A DNA stretch of 50,248 nt, from positions 1-50,248 of the IMG/VR virus record IMGVR_UViG_3300026320_000003. One strand, 5' to 3'. The notes below the pieces were generated by a model. The model did no database searches. It was not told the DNA's origin and saw only the letters and a list, made by a program, of their open reading frames with translations. Of the stretch, positions 1 to 9,851 are shown one piece after another. The stretch comes from a virus (lineage: Duplodnaviria; Caudoviricetes). The translations under genes and the position numbers were made by a program. Numbering within the stretch: the first letter of the stretch is position 1; each line of letters begins with the position of its first letter.

Positions 1-127
1 CGGGAATCGCGCCCACCGGTCGCTCAGGGGGCTCAACAAGTGAAGGAGCGACTCCTTCGCCGAGTCTAGGACAGGTTGCTGATGACTGATTATGGAAGAA
101 TTGGCTTGGTTCAACCATTTGATCTCC
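1..127. repeat. 127-nt terminal direct repeat (copy 1), assembly overlap of a circular contig
   Basis: Identical to 50122..50248; 127 is a common assembler k-mer length. Confidence 0.95.
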
Positions 128-252
128 GGCAACCTGTCCGCCCGTGGTATAGATGGCTACTATGCCGATTCCACCAATGTGGAGGTAAAGTCGACCATGA
201 CGATGAATCAGTCTTCTGGCGATGCTCCACCTGTGGCAAGGTCATTCGTTGA
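82..252 (+). CDS. Small Cys/His-rich (zinc-ribbon-like) protein, 56 aa, not in the ORF track
   Basis: Hand translation MTDYGRIG...LCRFHQCGG...WRCSTCGKVIR*; its TGA overlaps the terminase ATG (TGATG). Confidence 0.6.
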   Translation: MTDYGRIGLVQPFDLRQPVRPWYRWLLCRFHQCGGKVDHDDESVFWRCSTCGKVIR

Positions 253-1757
253 TGGACCCTAAACTTATCTCCTGGCTTGCCTCAGTCAAAGACGATCCCC
301 TGGCGTTCGTCCTAGGCGCATTCCCTTGGTCCGAAGAGGGTGCCTTAGTCAAGTTCGATGGGCCGTTGGTTTGGCAAAGAGAGATTCTGGAGAAGATTCG
401 TCTTGGCCTCCTCTCTACATCCGAGGCCATCCAACTCGCCACTGCCTCCGGCCATGGTATCGGCAAATCCGCCCTAGTCGCCATGATCACCCTCTGGGCC
501 TTCATGACCTACCCCGATACCCTCGGTGTCGTCACTGCTAATACCGAAACCCAGCTAAAGACCAAAACCTGGGCCGCTATGGGCAAGTGGTTCAACCTCT
601 GCTGGTTTGCCAAGGACCACTTCACCCTAACCGCCACGGCCCTACTCTCTAGGGACCCTTCCCGCGAACGCACTTGGCGAATCGACATGATCCCTTGGTC
701 TGAGAAGAACCCAGAGGCTTTCGCTGGGATGCATAACAAAGGCAAGCGCCTATTGCTGATAATGGACGAAGCTTCCGCCATCCACGACTTAATCTGGGAA
801 ACAGCCGAAGGTGCCCTGACTGACGACGAGACCCAAATCCTCTGGCTCGCGTTCGGCAACCCTACTCGTAACTCTGGTCGATTCAAAGAATGCTTCGCAG
901 GTGGCAAACATGCAGAATTCTGGAACACCCGCCAAATTGACTCCCGCACAGTCCCCATTACAAACAAAGCTAGATTTGACAAGTGGATCAAAGTCTACGG
1001 AGCCGATTCTGACTTTGTCCGTGTACGCGTCCTCGGGCAATTCCCTCGTGTCGGTGAAATGGAATTCTTCTCCGCAGCCGATATTGATGCGGCTATGTCA
1101 GCAGACCGAGAGGTCTATGTGGACCTTCATACACCACTTGCTATCGGAGTCGATGTTGCCCGGTTCGGGCAGAACAACTCCGTCATCTTCCCCAGGAAAG
1201 GCCGAGACGCTCGAACCATCCCCAGACAATCCTACAATGGCATCTCCACTGTTGAACTCGCTAATAAAGTCCACGAAACCTTCTTTGCCCTCCACCCTGA
1301 TGGAATCTTCATCGACGGAGGTGGAGTAGGCGGTGGCGTTGTGGACAACTGCCGGTCCCAGCGACTATTCGTCTATGAAATCCAATTCGGTGGTAAAGAC
1401 GATATTACCGGTGTTGTCTTTGACAATCAAGGCGAACGCTACGCCAACAAACGAGCGGCTATGTATGGAGCAGTACGCGCCTGGCTGAAAGGTGGAATGC
1501 TCCCTGCTGATCCAGACCTCCGCACCGCCATGCTCGCCATTCGCTATACCTTCAATAACAAAGATGAAATTCTCCTCGTCTCCAAAGAAGACTTAATGGA
1601 TGACAATCCATCCCTCGTCCTCGATGACCTCGACGCTCTCGTCCTCACCTTTGGTGGACCCCTAGCCGCCAATTCTCGAGCCGGCGGCGAGCATCCACAG
1701 AGGCCCTTGATCGAGTCTGAATGGGACCCGTATGCCAAGGAAAGAATGATCGCATGA
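252..1757 (+). CDS. terL: Terminase large subunit
   Basis: Walker A ASGHGIGKS, Walker B LIMDEAS, GNPTR motif, RNase H-like nuclease IGVDVARFG and IFIDGGG; start moved to ATG 252. Confidence 0.95.
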   Translation: MDPKLISWLASVKDDPLAFVLGAFPWSEEGALVKFDGPLVWQREILEKIRLGLLSTSEAIQLATASGHGIGKSALVAMITLWAFMTYPDTLGVVTANTETQLKTKTWAAMGKWFNLCWFAKDHFTLTATALLSRDPSRERTWRIDMIPWSEKNPEAFAGMHNKGKRLLLIMDEASAIHDLIWETAEGALTDDETQILWLAFGNPTRNSGRFKECFAGGKHAEFWNTRQIDSRTVPITNKARFDKWIKVYGADSDFVRVRVLGQFPRVGEMEFFSAADIDAAMSADREVYVDLHTPLAIGVDVARFGQNNSVIFPRKGRDARTIPRQSYNGISTVELANKVHETFFALHPDGIFIDGGGVGGGVVDNCRSQRLFVYEIQFGGKDDITGVVFDNQGERYANKRAAMYGAVRAWLKGGMLPADPDLRTAMLAIRYTFNNKDEILLVSKEDLMDDNPSLVLDDLDALVLTFGGPLAANSRAGGEHPQRPLIESEWDPYAKERMIA

Positions 1758-1942
1758 GCTTCCTCAAGCCTGCCGCCCCAACCATCGCCCCTCCCATCGT
1801 CCCCGAGGCCATCCCGCCAGTTATGAACCCCCAGGGTACCAAGCCAGCACCTAAACGCCAACAGACCTCCTTTCTTGGTGCAGCCTCAGTGCCCCAGCAG
1901 CAATCCGGTGGGTCCACCGGTAAGACCCTTCTCGGCCAATGA
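1754..1942 (+). CDS. Small Pro-rich protein upstream of portal (possible virion assembly protein)
   Basis: ATGA overlap with terL; ends GKTLLGQ, like small pre-portal proteins of T7/BPP-1-type podophages. Confidence 0.65.
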   Translation: MSFLKPAAPTIAPPIVPEAIPPVMNPQGTKPAPKRQQTSFLGAASVPQQQSGGSTGKTLLGQ

Positions 1943-2217
1943 TAGTCCCCTTCAATCAAAAGCCAACTACTAAGTCAGGCCAGCCAATGCCTGACACGCC
2001 TCCAGCCGTCTTCCTCGCCATGGCTGCGGCCCAGATGCATGAGCAGGGGAGGCTGTTTGAGCCAGAGTCCAAGGCGCCTGATTTATATGAAACGCGTCCA
2101 CAAGCTTCGTTAGGCGGACGTTCTATTGTGGAAACTAATAACCCTGAACTTGGTCCTACCGATGTAGAGTTAAGGGATAGAATGAATAGATTCGAACAGC
2201 AGAATCGAAATCGCTGA
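1939..2217 (+). CDS. Hypothetical protein
   Basis: Start and stop overlap both neighbours. Confidence 0.65.
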   Translation: MIVPFNQKPTTKSGQPMPDTPPAVFLAMAAAQMHEQGRLFEPESKAPDLYETRPQASLGGRSIVETNNPELGPTDVELRDRMNRFEQQNRNR

Positions 2218-3944
2218 TGCGCCAAATAAGTGAAGCCGACTACTCCTTCCGCCGATACTCCGAAGGTCGCCTAATCGGCCTTCGCGTCAATCGCTATTCC
2301 TGGTGGACCCACTGGCGAGAACTTGCTGATTACTTCCTTCCGAGGAGATACAAATGGATCGTGACTCCAAACCAAATGGCTCGCGGATCGCCGATCAATC
2401 AACATATCTTAGATTCATCGGGATGTATCTTTGCAAGAAACTTGGCATCAGGTTTAGTGAGTGGGAAATCCTCTCCAACACGGCCTTGGTTCAAGTTGAA
2501 GATTGGCAGACTAGACTCGACCCAGACCTCCCCTATCTCTCTTTGGTTAGCAGAATGCGAGAGGCTTCTATATCTGATTTTCGCTGAGTCCAACTTCTAC
2601 AACGCCATCGCCGTCTTCTATTTCGACCTTGTCATCTTTGGCACAGCCGTCCTCTTGATCTACGAAGACTTCGAAAACGTAATCAATTGCTTCAACCCCT
2701 GCGCCGGTGAATATTACGTCGACATCGACGGTAAATACCGCCCTTGCATCTTCTACCGTGAATTCACCATGACGATCTCAGCCGTCGTCAACGAATTCGG
2801 CATCGACAACGTCTCAGAGAATATCGCCAGACTCTACAAACAAACCGACGGCGCCAACCTCACTCGCGAAGTCATTGTAGCCCACTCTATCGAACCCAAC
2901 GACGATGGCAAGGTTGCAGAGTTCGGCTTCTCCAACAAGTTCACCTATCGAGAAGCCTATTGGGAATGGGGCGGGTCTGCCTCTCCACAAGGCGGCGCCT
3001 CCTCCCCTCCTGGCTTCCTCCGCAAGCGAGGCTACTTTGAACAACCCAACATCTGTACTCGCTGGGACCTTGTCTCCAATGATCCCTATGGGCGATCCCC
3101 AGCCATGGACGGCCTACCAGATCAAAAGCAACTCCAACTCGAATCGCGCCGCAAGGCCCAAGCGATCGACAAGATGGTAAACCCGCCCCTTGTCGCTGAT
3201 ATCCAACTAAAGAACCAACCTGCCTCACTCCTCCCAGGAGGAATCACCTATGTCTCTGGCTACGCCGCTTCAGGCAAACCTGGCTTCTCCAGCGTCTACG
3301 ATACCAAGTTCCCAGTCGGCGAAATCACCGAGGACCTTAACGAAGTTCGAGAACGACTCAAGAAGACTTTCTTCAACGATGTCCTCAATACCGCATCTCA
3401 GTATGAAACCCGTTCTAATGTCACAGCAGTTGAGTGGGACATGCGGAAAAGTGAGTCTTTGGTCATGCTCGGTCCAGCCCTCGAGCGAATCGACAACGAA
3501 GGTCTCAAGCCAATCATCGAACGAGTCTTCGCCATAGCTGCCCGGGCTGGCATCTTCCCTCCAGCCCCAGATGAAATCGCTGGCAAGAACCTGGACATTG
3601 AATTCGTCTCGATGCTTCAACAAGCCCAACAAGCCACCGCAGCCGCAGGGATCGAACGCATGTTCGCCATTGCTGGAAACATCGCCGGAATCGATCCAGC
3701 CGGTGTTGACAATATCGACTTCGATTATGGACTTGACAAAATGTCTTTCCTCCTGAATAATGATCCTAAGCTTATCCGTTCACCCGAAGCTTTGGCCTCT
3801 ATCCGTCAACGTCGAGAACAACAACAAATGCAAGCCGAACGTGCAGCCCAGGCGGAGCAACTTGCCAAGGCCGCCAAAGTCGCTAGCGAAACCCAAGTCG
3901 GTGGCGGCCAATCCGCTTTGCAAAGCATGGGAATTGGACAATGA
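2217..3944 (+). CDS. Portal (head-to-tail connector) protein
   Basis: 575 aa; HWRELADYFLP, DLVIFGTA, YGRSPAM, VNPP and VTAVE motifs of the T7 gp8/BPP-1-type portal; Gln-rich C-terminus. Confidence 0.93.
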   Translation: MRQISEADYSFRRYSEGRLIGLRVNRYSWWTHWRELADYFLPRRYKWIVTPNQMARGSPINQHILDSSGCIFARNLASGLVSGKSSPTRPWFKLKIGRLDSTQTSPISLWLAECERLLYLIFAESNFYNAIAVFYFDLVIFGTAVLLIYEDFENVINCFNPCAGEYYVDIDGKYRPCIFYREFTMTISAVVNEFGIDNVSENIARLYKQTDGANLTREVIVAHSIEPNDDGKVAEFGFSNKFTYREAYWEWGGSASPQGGASSPPGFLRKRGYFEQPNICTRWDLVSNDPYGRSPAMDGLPDQKQLQLESRRKAQAIDKMVNPPLVADIQLKNQPASLLPGGITYVSGYAASGKPGFSSVYDTKFPVGEITEDLNEVRERLKKTFFNDVLNTASQYETRSNVTAVEWDMRKSESLVMLGPALERIDNEGLKPIIERVFAIAARAGIFPPAPDEIAGKNLDIEFVSMLQQAQQATAAAGIERMFAIAGNIAGIDPAGVDNIDFDYGLDKMSFLLNNDPKLIRSPEALASIRQRREQQQMQAERAAQAEQLAKAAKVASETQVGGGQSALQSMGIGQ

Positions 3945-4231
3945 GAGAAGAAGTTGAAAAGCTCTATCAACAAGGCGTTCCCTATAGGCAGATTGCCAAG
4001 CGCCTAGGAATCTCTGTAGGTAAGGTTGCAGGTATCATCCGTCGTCTAGGGATTGCCAAGAAAGAAGACACCTGTCGTTGCTTCAATGCCAGTAAGGACC
4101 GTGTGAAGATTATAGTATTCCAGCCAGAGCGTGACTTGAGTGAGCCAAAGACTATCGTCTCTCCTTACTCCTCACCTAAACAACGCGCTGCCTACGAAGA
4201 ACTCCGCAAGGCAGTAGAAAACACCCGATGA
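3941..4231 (+). CDS. HTH protein with GcrA-like N-terminus
   Basis: VEKLYQQGVPYRQIAKRLGISVGKVAGIIRRLG. Confidence 0.65.
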   Translation: MREEVEKLYQQGVPYRQIAKRLGISVGKVAGIIRRLGIAKKEDTCRCFNASKDRVKIIVFQPERDLSEPKTIVSPYSSPKQRAAYEELRKAVENTR

Positions 4232-4398
4232 CTTACTTCTGGATAGGGCTTGGTATTTATGCAATAGGATTTATACTTATGCTTATTCTTGAAGCAAATA
4301 TTGGTCCTGTGACGTTAAGTCTAGCTCTGCTCCGAGCTACTGTTTGGCCAATCTATATCGTCACCGGTTGGCCTCAAGGTGTAGCTGGAGGTTATTGA
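4228..4398 (+). CDS. Small membrane protein, 56 aa, not in the ORF track
   Basis: MTYFWIGLGIYAIGFILMLILE...; start and stop overlap both neighbours. Confidence 0.6.
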   Translation: MTYFWIGLGIYAIGFILMLILEANIGPVTLSLALLRATVWPIYIVTGWPQGVAGGY

Positions 4399-4595
4399 TG
4401 ACCTACGAAGCAAAGCCAAGATTCGGTTCATCGGTTGCAGATTGGCATAGCAAGTTTGCTTGGTTACCAATAAATACATACGACCGTGGCTGGAAATGGC
4501 TTTGCTTCGTTGAACGCCGTAGAATACAAAAGCATTATTATCTAGATGGCGGTGGAGCAGACTTCTGGTGGCAATATAGGGCGCGTCTTCGATGA
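4398..4595 (+). CDS. Hypothetical Trp-rich protein
   Basis: MTYEAKPRF...WHSKFAWLP; coupled start and stop. Confidence 0.6.
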   Translation: MTYEAKPRFGSSVADWHSKFAWLPINTYDRGWKWLCFVERRRIQKHYYLDGGGADFWWQYRARLR

Positions 4596-5005
4596 CCTAC
4601 GACGCTAGCGATCGTAAATCCATCCGGCGGGCCGAGAAGGCCTCTCGTCTAGCCGATCGTGCTCGTCAGGAAGTCATTACCAATCTCATGTCCACCACCT
4701 TCGGTCGAGCTTGGCTTTGGGATATCCTTACCTCCTGCCACGTCTTCGCCCAGACCTTCTCCCCCGATCCACTCATGACTGCATTCGGCGAGGGCCGTCG
4801 AGCCGTGGGCCTAGCCCTCCTTGCCGATGTAATGTCCGCCTGCCCCGATCAATACATAACCGCTGCGAGAGAAGCCAATGTCAGACACAACAGTGACGAC
4901 CGAAGCTCCGCTACCGAACAGTCCGGAAGCCCGGACCCCGACGGGGGAGTTGAAGGACGTGGCGCAGACGACGACTACGACCCCTATAGAGGAGAAGTCA
5001 CTTGA
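4592..5005 (+). CDS. Bbp19-like head-associated protein
   Basis: LMSTTFGRAWLWDIL...TAFGEGRRAVGL; lies between portal and scaffold. Confidence 0.75.
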   Translation: MTYDASDRKSIRRAEKASRLADRARQEVITNLMSTTFGRAWLWDILTSCHVFAQTFSPDPLMTAFGEGRRAVGLALLADVMSACPDQYITAAREANVRHNSDDRSSATEQSGSPDPDGGVEGRGADDDYDPYRGEVT

Positions 5006-5573
5006 ACCGAAGGCCGAGCCCGAAAAAGATGGTAACACTCTTCTTACAGAAAAGAAGGAATCGCCTACTGGTGCGCCAGAGAAGTACGAAGACTTCAAGC
5101 TCCCAGAAGGCGTCAAACTCGAAGGCGAAACCCTAAAGTCCGCCACTGAACTCTTCAAAGAACTCGGTCTCCCACAAGCCAACGCCCAGAAGCTAGTCGA
5201 CTTCCACCTTTCCCAAATCAAAGCCGCCACTGAGGCCTCCTCTAAGGCCTACGACGATATGCGAGCCGCTTGGCAGACCGCTGCCAAAGCCGACGCCGAA
5301 ATCGGCCCCCACATGGCGAAGATCAAAGAAAACGTCGGTCGCCTGTACGATGCAATCGGCGATGCCAAACTGGTTGCCGATTTCAAATCCATCATGGACC
5401 TTACCGGTGCAGGTGACAATCCCGCCTTCATCAAGGTCCTCAACAAAATCTCTTCCTTCGTGACCGAAGGTAAGCACGTATCTGGTGCTCAACCATCCAA
5501 ATTCGGTCAATCCGCACCCGGTACATCCGAGCGACCCTCAGCGGCTCACGCTCTGTACCCTAACAATCCGTAA
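4878..5573 (+). CDS. Capsid scaffolding protein
   Basis: Acidic low-complexity N-terminus, APEKYEDFKLPEG, GAGDNPAFI, C-terminal ALYP; directly upstream of the major capsid gene. Confidence 0.8.
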   Translation: MSDTTVTTEAPLPNSPEARTPTGELKDVAQTTTTTPIEEKSLEPKAEPEKDGNTLLTEKKESPTGAPEKYEDFKLPEGVKLEGETLKSATELFKELGLPQANAQKLVDFHLSQIKAATEASSKAYDDMRAAWQTAAKADAEIGPHMAKIKENVGRLYDAIGDAKLVADFKSIMDLTGAGDNPAFIKVLNKISSFVTEGKHVSGAQPSKFGQSAPGTSERPSAAHALYPNNP

Positions 5574-5659
5574 CCCAACCGCATGGCGGTCGAACAGCAA
5601 AGCTCAGATGGGATACTGATAACCACCAGTCCTTAACCCCTTAATGGAGAATACAACCC

Positions 5660-6703
5660 ATGGCTGCGATTGGCAATACTGCCTTAACGTATGCTGACTG
5701 GGCAAAACGTATGGATGACGGTTATCGTGTAGCGTCCATCATCGAATTGCTCTCTCAGACCAACGAAATCCTAGATGACATGCTCGTCGTCGAAGGTAAC
5801 CTCCCCACCGGACACAAAACCACCGTCCGAACCGGTCTCCCACAGGCCACTTGGCGGCTGCTCAACAACGGCGTCCCCAACGCGAAATCTACCACCGCGC
5901 AGATCACCGATACCTGTGGAAACCTCGAAACCTACGCGGTAATTGACAAGGACATCGCCGATCTCAACGGCAATACCGCTGAGTTTAGGCTGTCTGAAGT
6001 CAAGGCCTTCCTTGAAGGCATGTCCCAACAGGTTGCCTCCACCGTGATCTACGGCAATCAGCATATCAACCCGGAACGCTTCACCGGCCTCGCTCCTCGG
6101 TACTCCACTAAGAACACTGCCAACTCCCAAACTGCCAACAATGTCCTCGACGGTGGTGGAACCTCCAATACCAATACCAGCATGTGGATCGTCACTTGGG
6201 GTTCTGACACTTGGCATGCAACCTTCCCGAAAGGCAAGATCACCGGCCTTCAACACCGCGATATGGGTGAATGGCCAGTAACTGACGCCAATGGTAACAC
6301 CTACCAAGCCTACCGTGACCATTTCAAGTGGGAAATTGGCATGGTCGGCCGTGATTGGCGATACGCAGTTCGCATTGCCAATATCGACGTGACTCAACTC
6401 ACCGGTGTCTCCGCTGCGAACCTGATCAACCTGATCGTCAGGGGTTTGTATAGGATGCCTACCGCTCCATCCATGGCAACTGCGATCCAAACCTCGGATA
6501 CTCCCGAAGTCCGGGCCAATATGGGCCGGGTCGTCATCTACTGCAACCGCGTGATCCGCACCTACCTTGATCTCCAAGCGATGAACAAAACCAACGTTTT
6601 GCTTCGCCTCGAAGAGTTCAACGGCAAGGTCGTGACCACCTTCCGTGGCATCCCAGCTCGCACCTGTGATGCGATCCTCAACAACGAGGCCCAAGTGGTC
6701 TAA
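5660..6703 (+). CDS. Major capsid protein
   Basis: 347 aa; IIELLSQTNEILDD, TTVRTGLP, FTGLAPRY, RIANID, FRGIP (BPP-1-type MCP); GGAG RBS. Confidence 0.93.
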   Translation: MAAIGNTALTYADWAKRMDDGYRVASIIELLSQTNEILDDMLVVEGNLPTGHKTTVRTGLPQATWRLLNNGVPNAKSTTAQITDTCGNLETYAVIDKDIADLNGNTAEFRLSEVKAFLEGMSQQVASTVIYGNQHINPERFTGLAPRYSTKNTANSQTANNVLDGGGTSNTNTSMWIVTWGSDTWHATFPKGKITGLQHRDMGEWPVTDANGNTYQAYRDHFKWEIGMVGRDWRYAVRIANIDVTQLTGVSAANLINLIVRGLYRMPTAPSMATAIQTSDTPEVRANMGRVVIYCNRVIRTYLDLQAMNKTNVLLRLEEFNGKVVTTFRGIPARTCDAILNNEAQVV

Positions 6704-6717
6704 AAGGAGCTACCGCT

Positions 6718-7254
6718 ATGATCCTCGACGCCCTACTTCAATTCGACAACGCTGTGTCCCTTGCAATCGCAGTTGGTTCACAAGTATCCACCAATGTCAT
6801 CGACCTCGGAATCACCTCTGGTATTCCCACTTCCGCCTCAGGCGGTGGAGCCAGAGACATCGGCATCGGTGACGATCCGGCAATGAAGCTCTTGGTCCAG
6901 GTCTCTACGACCTTTACCTCTGGCGGTGCAGCTACTTTGGCTGTCGCCCTTCAAGGCGCAGTCGACAACGGCGCTGGTGCCCCTGCCGCCTTCTCTACCT
7001 GGTGGACCTCACCAGCCTACGCCCTTGCTACCCTTGTGGCGGGAGCCCGACTCTACGATATGGATATGCCTAGGCCACCCGATGGCATCGCCATTCCTCG
7101 GTTCCTTCGACTCAACTACACCATAGGTGGCGCTACAGTCACTGCTGGCAACGTCTCATCCTACATCGTCCTCGATCGAGACGACCAGCCCTACCAAGGC
7201 ACTGATAATTCCGTCATGGGTGGATACCCTGCCGGGATCAACGTCGCGAACTGA
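6718..7254 (+). CDS. Bbp16-like capsid cement/decoration protein
   Basis: MILDALLQF...STNVIDLG...RDIGIG...RFLRLNYT; follows the MCP. Confidence 0.8.
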   Translation: MILDALLQFDNAVSLAIAVGSQVSTNVIDLGITSGIPTSASGGGARDIGIGDDPAMKLLVQVSTTFTSGGAATLAVALQGAVDNGAGAPAAFSTWWTSPAYALATLVAGARLYDMDMPRPPDGIAIPRFLRLNYTIGGATVTAGNVSSYIVLDRDDQPYQGTDNSVMGGYPAGINVAN

Positions 7255-7263
7255 GGCCCAGTC

Positions 7264-7731
7264 ATGAAAAGACTTCTCAAATACATAGGGGTGGCAGCCT
7301 TCGCTGGGCTTGCCACCCTAGCAGTGGCCCAACCTGTTATCTCAACCCAGGTCAATTCCAACACAGTCGTCCGAGCCGCACAAGGTCCTGGTGGCTCGGA
7401 CAGTTGGCTTGGCGTCGATACTATTAGCAACCGCGCTCGATTTACCTCTACCACAGGGCAAACCGGAGCCGCTACTTCCACCGCCTCAGGCGGCACTCTC
7501 TATTGGATCGGCACGGCTCCAACAACTTGGGCCGTAACGCTTCCGCTTAACCCCACCGCCGGTGAATTGGTAACCCTTGTCACCGATACAACTCTCACTA
7601 CCATGGTAACTGTTACAGCCAACACTGGTGATACCCTTCACGCCACCTACACCTCACAGACCCTTACCGCCCTTACCCCTGTAACCTTTCAGTATCAACT
7701 CTCCTCACGTACATGGTTCAGGTTAATGTAA
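7264..7731 (+). CDS. Thr-rich beta protein with Sec-type signal peptide
   Basis: MKRLLKYIGVAAFAGLATLAVA-Q. Confidence 0.75.
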   Translation: MKRLLKYIGVAAFAGLATLAVAQPVISTQVNSNTVVRAAQGPGGSDSWLGVDTISNRARFTSTTGQTGAATSTASGGTLYWIGTAPTTWAVTLPLNPTAGELVTLVTDTTLTTMVTVTANTGDTLHATYTSQTLTALTPVTFQYQLSSRTWFRLM

Positions 7732-8576
7732 TGTCGCGTATCTCTCGTAGACACCTACTTCGTGGCGGTGGCGCTCTTGCTGCCACGAAGCTACTTACGC
7801 CTGCAAGTGCTGGTTTTATATTAGGCAAAGCTGGTGGTGGGGGAGGCTATCACGCTTTGGCGGTGCATTTTGACGGTAGCACATCACTATTATGTAACAG
7901 TCTAAGCTGCACCGACAGTCGGTATGTTCTCTATGTGGTGTGGACTAAGCTTCCGCTGCCTTTATCCAGCAATAGAGGTTCCACGTTACTGTGTTCAGAC
8001 CCCGATACCGAAGTGAACAATTTATTTAATATCTCAGTCAACAATAGCGGTAATTCCCTAATTGTGTTTGAGACTGGCGCGATTCCATTCAGCAGTGGAA
8101 ATACAAACTATGTAGCTGTCCAGAACCCATGGAATGAGGGGTGGTTAAATCTCATTTATGTCATTGATTCATTACACGCTGCTGGTGTGAAGCCAAAGGC
8201 AGTCTATATCAATGATGTTCTAGTCCCCGATACCAATACAGATACGAGTGGCCCCTACGTTGCCCAGTTCAACGGTCTCAAGACAACTATCGGGACGGAT
8301 AATTTCGACCTCGTACTCGGCGACATCGCCGATATGCAGCTTTACCTCTTGTCAAATGACCCGTTTGTCGCTGGGGCGCTTCCAGAGGCAACTCGTCGCC
8401 TGTTTATTGGCGCCAATGGCAAGCCGGTAAACCCGGCGACTGCGATGGCAACGCTTGGAACTCCGGTGTTGATATTCAGCGGTGATGCGATAACCTTCCC
8501 CACCAACCAAGGTACTGGTGGTGCATTCAGCCTTACCGGCACCCTGACCAACGCCACCACAAGCCCGAGTGATTAA
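7731..8576 (+). CDS. LamG/concanavalin-like protein with Tat-like signal
   Basis: MSRISRRHLLRGGGALAA...PASA; AVHFDGS, VYINDV and GDIAD LamG-like motifs. Confidence 0.7.
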   Translation: MSRISRRHLLRGGGALAATKLLTPASAGFILGKAGGGGGYHALAVHFDGSTSLLCNSLSCTDSRYVLYVVWTKLPLPLSSNRGSTLLCSDPDTEVNNLFNISVNNSGNSLIVFETGAIPFSSGNTNYVAVQNPWNEGWLNLIYVIDSLHAAGVKPKAVYINDVLVPDTNTDTSGPYVAQFNGLKTTIGTDNFDLVLGDIADMQLYLLSNDPFVAGALPEATRRLFIGANGKPVNPATAMATLGTPVLIFSGDAITFPTNQGTGGAFSLTGTLTNATTSPSD

Positions 8577-8603
8577 ACCGTGAAACCCAATGGAGATATC
8601 TAC

Positions 8604-9047
8604 ATGCGCAAATACATCATTCCTTCTTTGCTTATTCTAGCTCTGGGTCTCGGTCTTGCCGTTGCCCAGAACATCACCAAGGCCCTCCAACTATCTCAAG
8701 ACGCAACTGGCGCCTTTGGCGTTGATACCAGCAACGGTGTCTACTTCCCTGGCCACATCCTATCCACAGGCAAACCGGCTCCGGCACTAACTGCCTGTGT
8801 CACTGGAGGCACTCCCACCTTGGTCGGTACTGACTTCTCTGGCGTTATCACAGCAGGAACTACTGCCTCCACTTCTTGCGTTGTAACCTTCGGCACAGCC
8901 TATGTAACAGCGCCAAACTGCGTTGTCTCTTGGCAATCTGGGCCATTGGCTGCAATGTCTTGGGCTACCTCAACTACGGCCCTCACTATTACCCAAACCT
9001 CCAATGCGAGTTCTAAAATCGCATACATCTGTACGAGTGCATCATGA
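8604..9047 (+). CDS. Exported-type beta protein (fibre tip-like)
   Basis: MRKYIIPSLLILALGLGLAVA-Q; VTFGTAYVTAPNCVV; GGAG RBS. Confidence 0.7.
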   Translation: MRKYIIPSLLILALGLGLAVAQNITKALQLSQDATGAFGVDTSNGVYFPGHILSTGKPAPALTACVTGGTPTLVGTDFSGVITAGTTASTSCVVTFGTAYVTAPNCVVSWQSGPLAAMSWATSTTALTITQTSNASSKIAYICTSAS

Positions 9048-9850
9048 GAAAGCTTAGCGCTGGACTTCTACTCCTTCTTGGGCTAGCCAGTCCGGCGTTA
9101 GCCCAGACTAAGTTTACCCTACCTCCTCCATCTGGGGTCTTCCTTGGTGGGTATCAAGTTGTCACCACCTGCGGAGCAGCCTCAGGCCTAGCTGCAGGAA
9201 ACCTCGCCTTCGGTGCAATGGATACCACAGGGGCAATTTGTACCTCGGCCACAGGTGGTGGAGGAGGTGGTGCTGCCACCATCGCCAACGGAGCCGATGT
9301 AGCTGAAGGCTCTACTACCGATGCTGCCTCTACCGCTGGCGGCACTGGTACCCTCTCTGCCAAGCTTCGCTTGATGACAACTCAGCTTGGTACTATCAAT
9401 ACCACCCTCGGTTCTCCCTTCCAAGCTGGGGCCTCAATCGCCAATACCACCTTTGGTGCAACCCAAGCTACTGCGGCCAATCTTAATGCTACCGTAGTTG
9501 GCACCGGTACCTTCGCTGTTCAAGCAACTACTCAAGGCGCTGTCAATATCACCCTGACCGACTGCTCCGGAACCATCGCCGCTGGTGGCGCGGCCCAAAA
9601 CGCTTTCACTGCTGCCTCTACCCGTCACGGCTTCACCATCGCCAACATAGATACTACCGAAGTCCTTTGGATGTCCTTTACCACAACTGCCGCCGCCTCT
9701 GGCACAGGTTCCTATCCTTTGGCTTCAGCTACAGCTGTCACCTTTACTGGGCTCTCTTCTTTTACCAGCCCTCCAGGTATGGGGATCAACACTGCCCTTT
9801 CTGTAATCGCTGCCACCACTGCACATAAGTTCTCCTGTACGGTTTGGTAA
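9044..9850 (+). CDS. Ala/Thr/Gly-rich exported-type protein
   Basis: MRKLSAGLLLLLGLASPALA-Q; 4 Cys. Confidence 0.7.
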   Translation: MRKLSAGLLLLLGLASPALAQTKFTLPPPSGVFLGGYQVVTTCGAASGLAAGNLAFGAMDTTGAICTSATGGGGGGAATIANGADVAEGSTTDAASTAGGTGTLSAKLRLMTTQLGTINTTLGSPFQAGASIANTTFGATQATAANLNATVVGTGTFAVQATTQGAVNITLTDCSGTIAAGGAAQNAFTAASTRHGFTIANIDTTEVLWMSFTTTAAASGTGSYPLASATAVTFTGLSSFTSPPGMGINTALSVIAATTAHKFSCTVW

Positions 9851-9851
9851 C

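Noticed and set aside
5771-6694. 307-aa reverse-strand ORF and similar antisense ORFs (e.g. 11597-12202, 45269-45892)
   Set aside because: Shadow frames of well-supported genes, with no RBS or recognisable motifs
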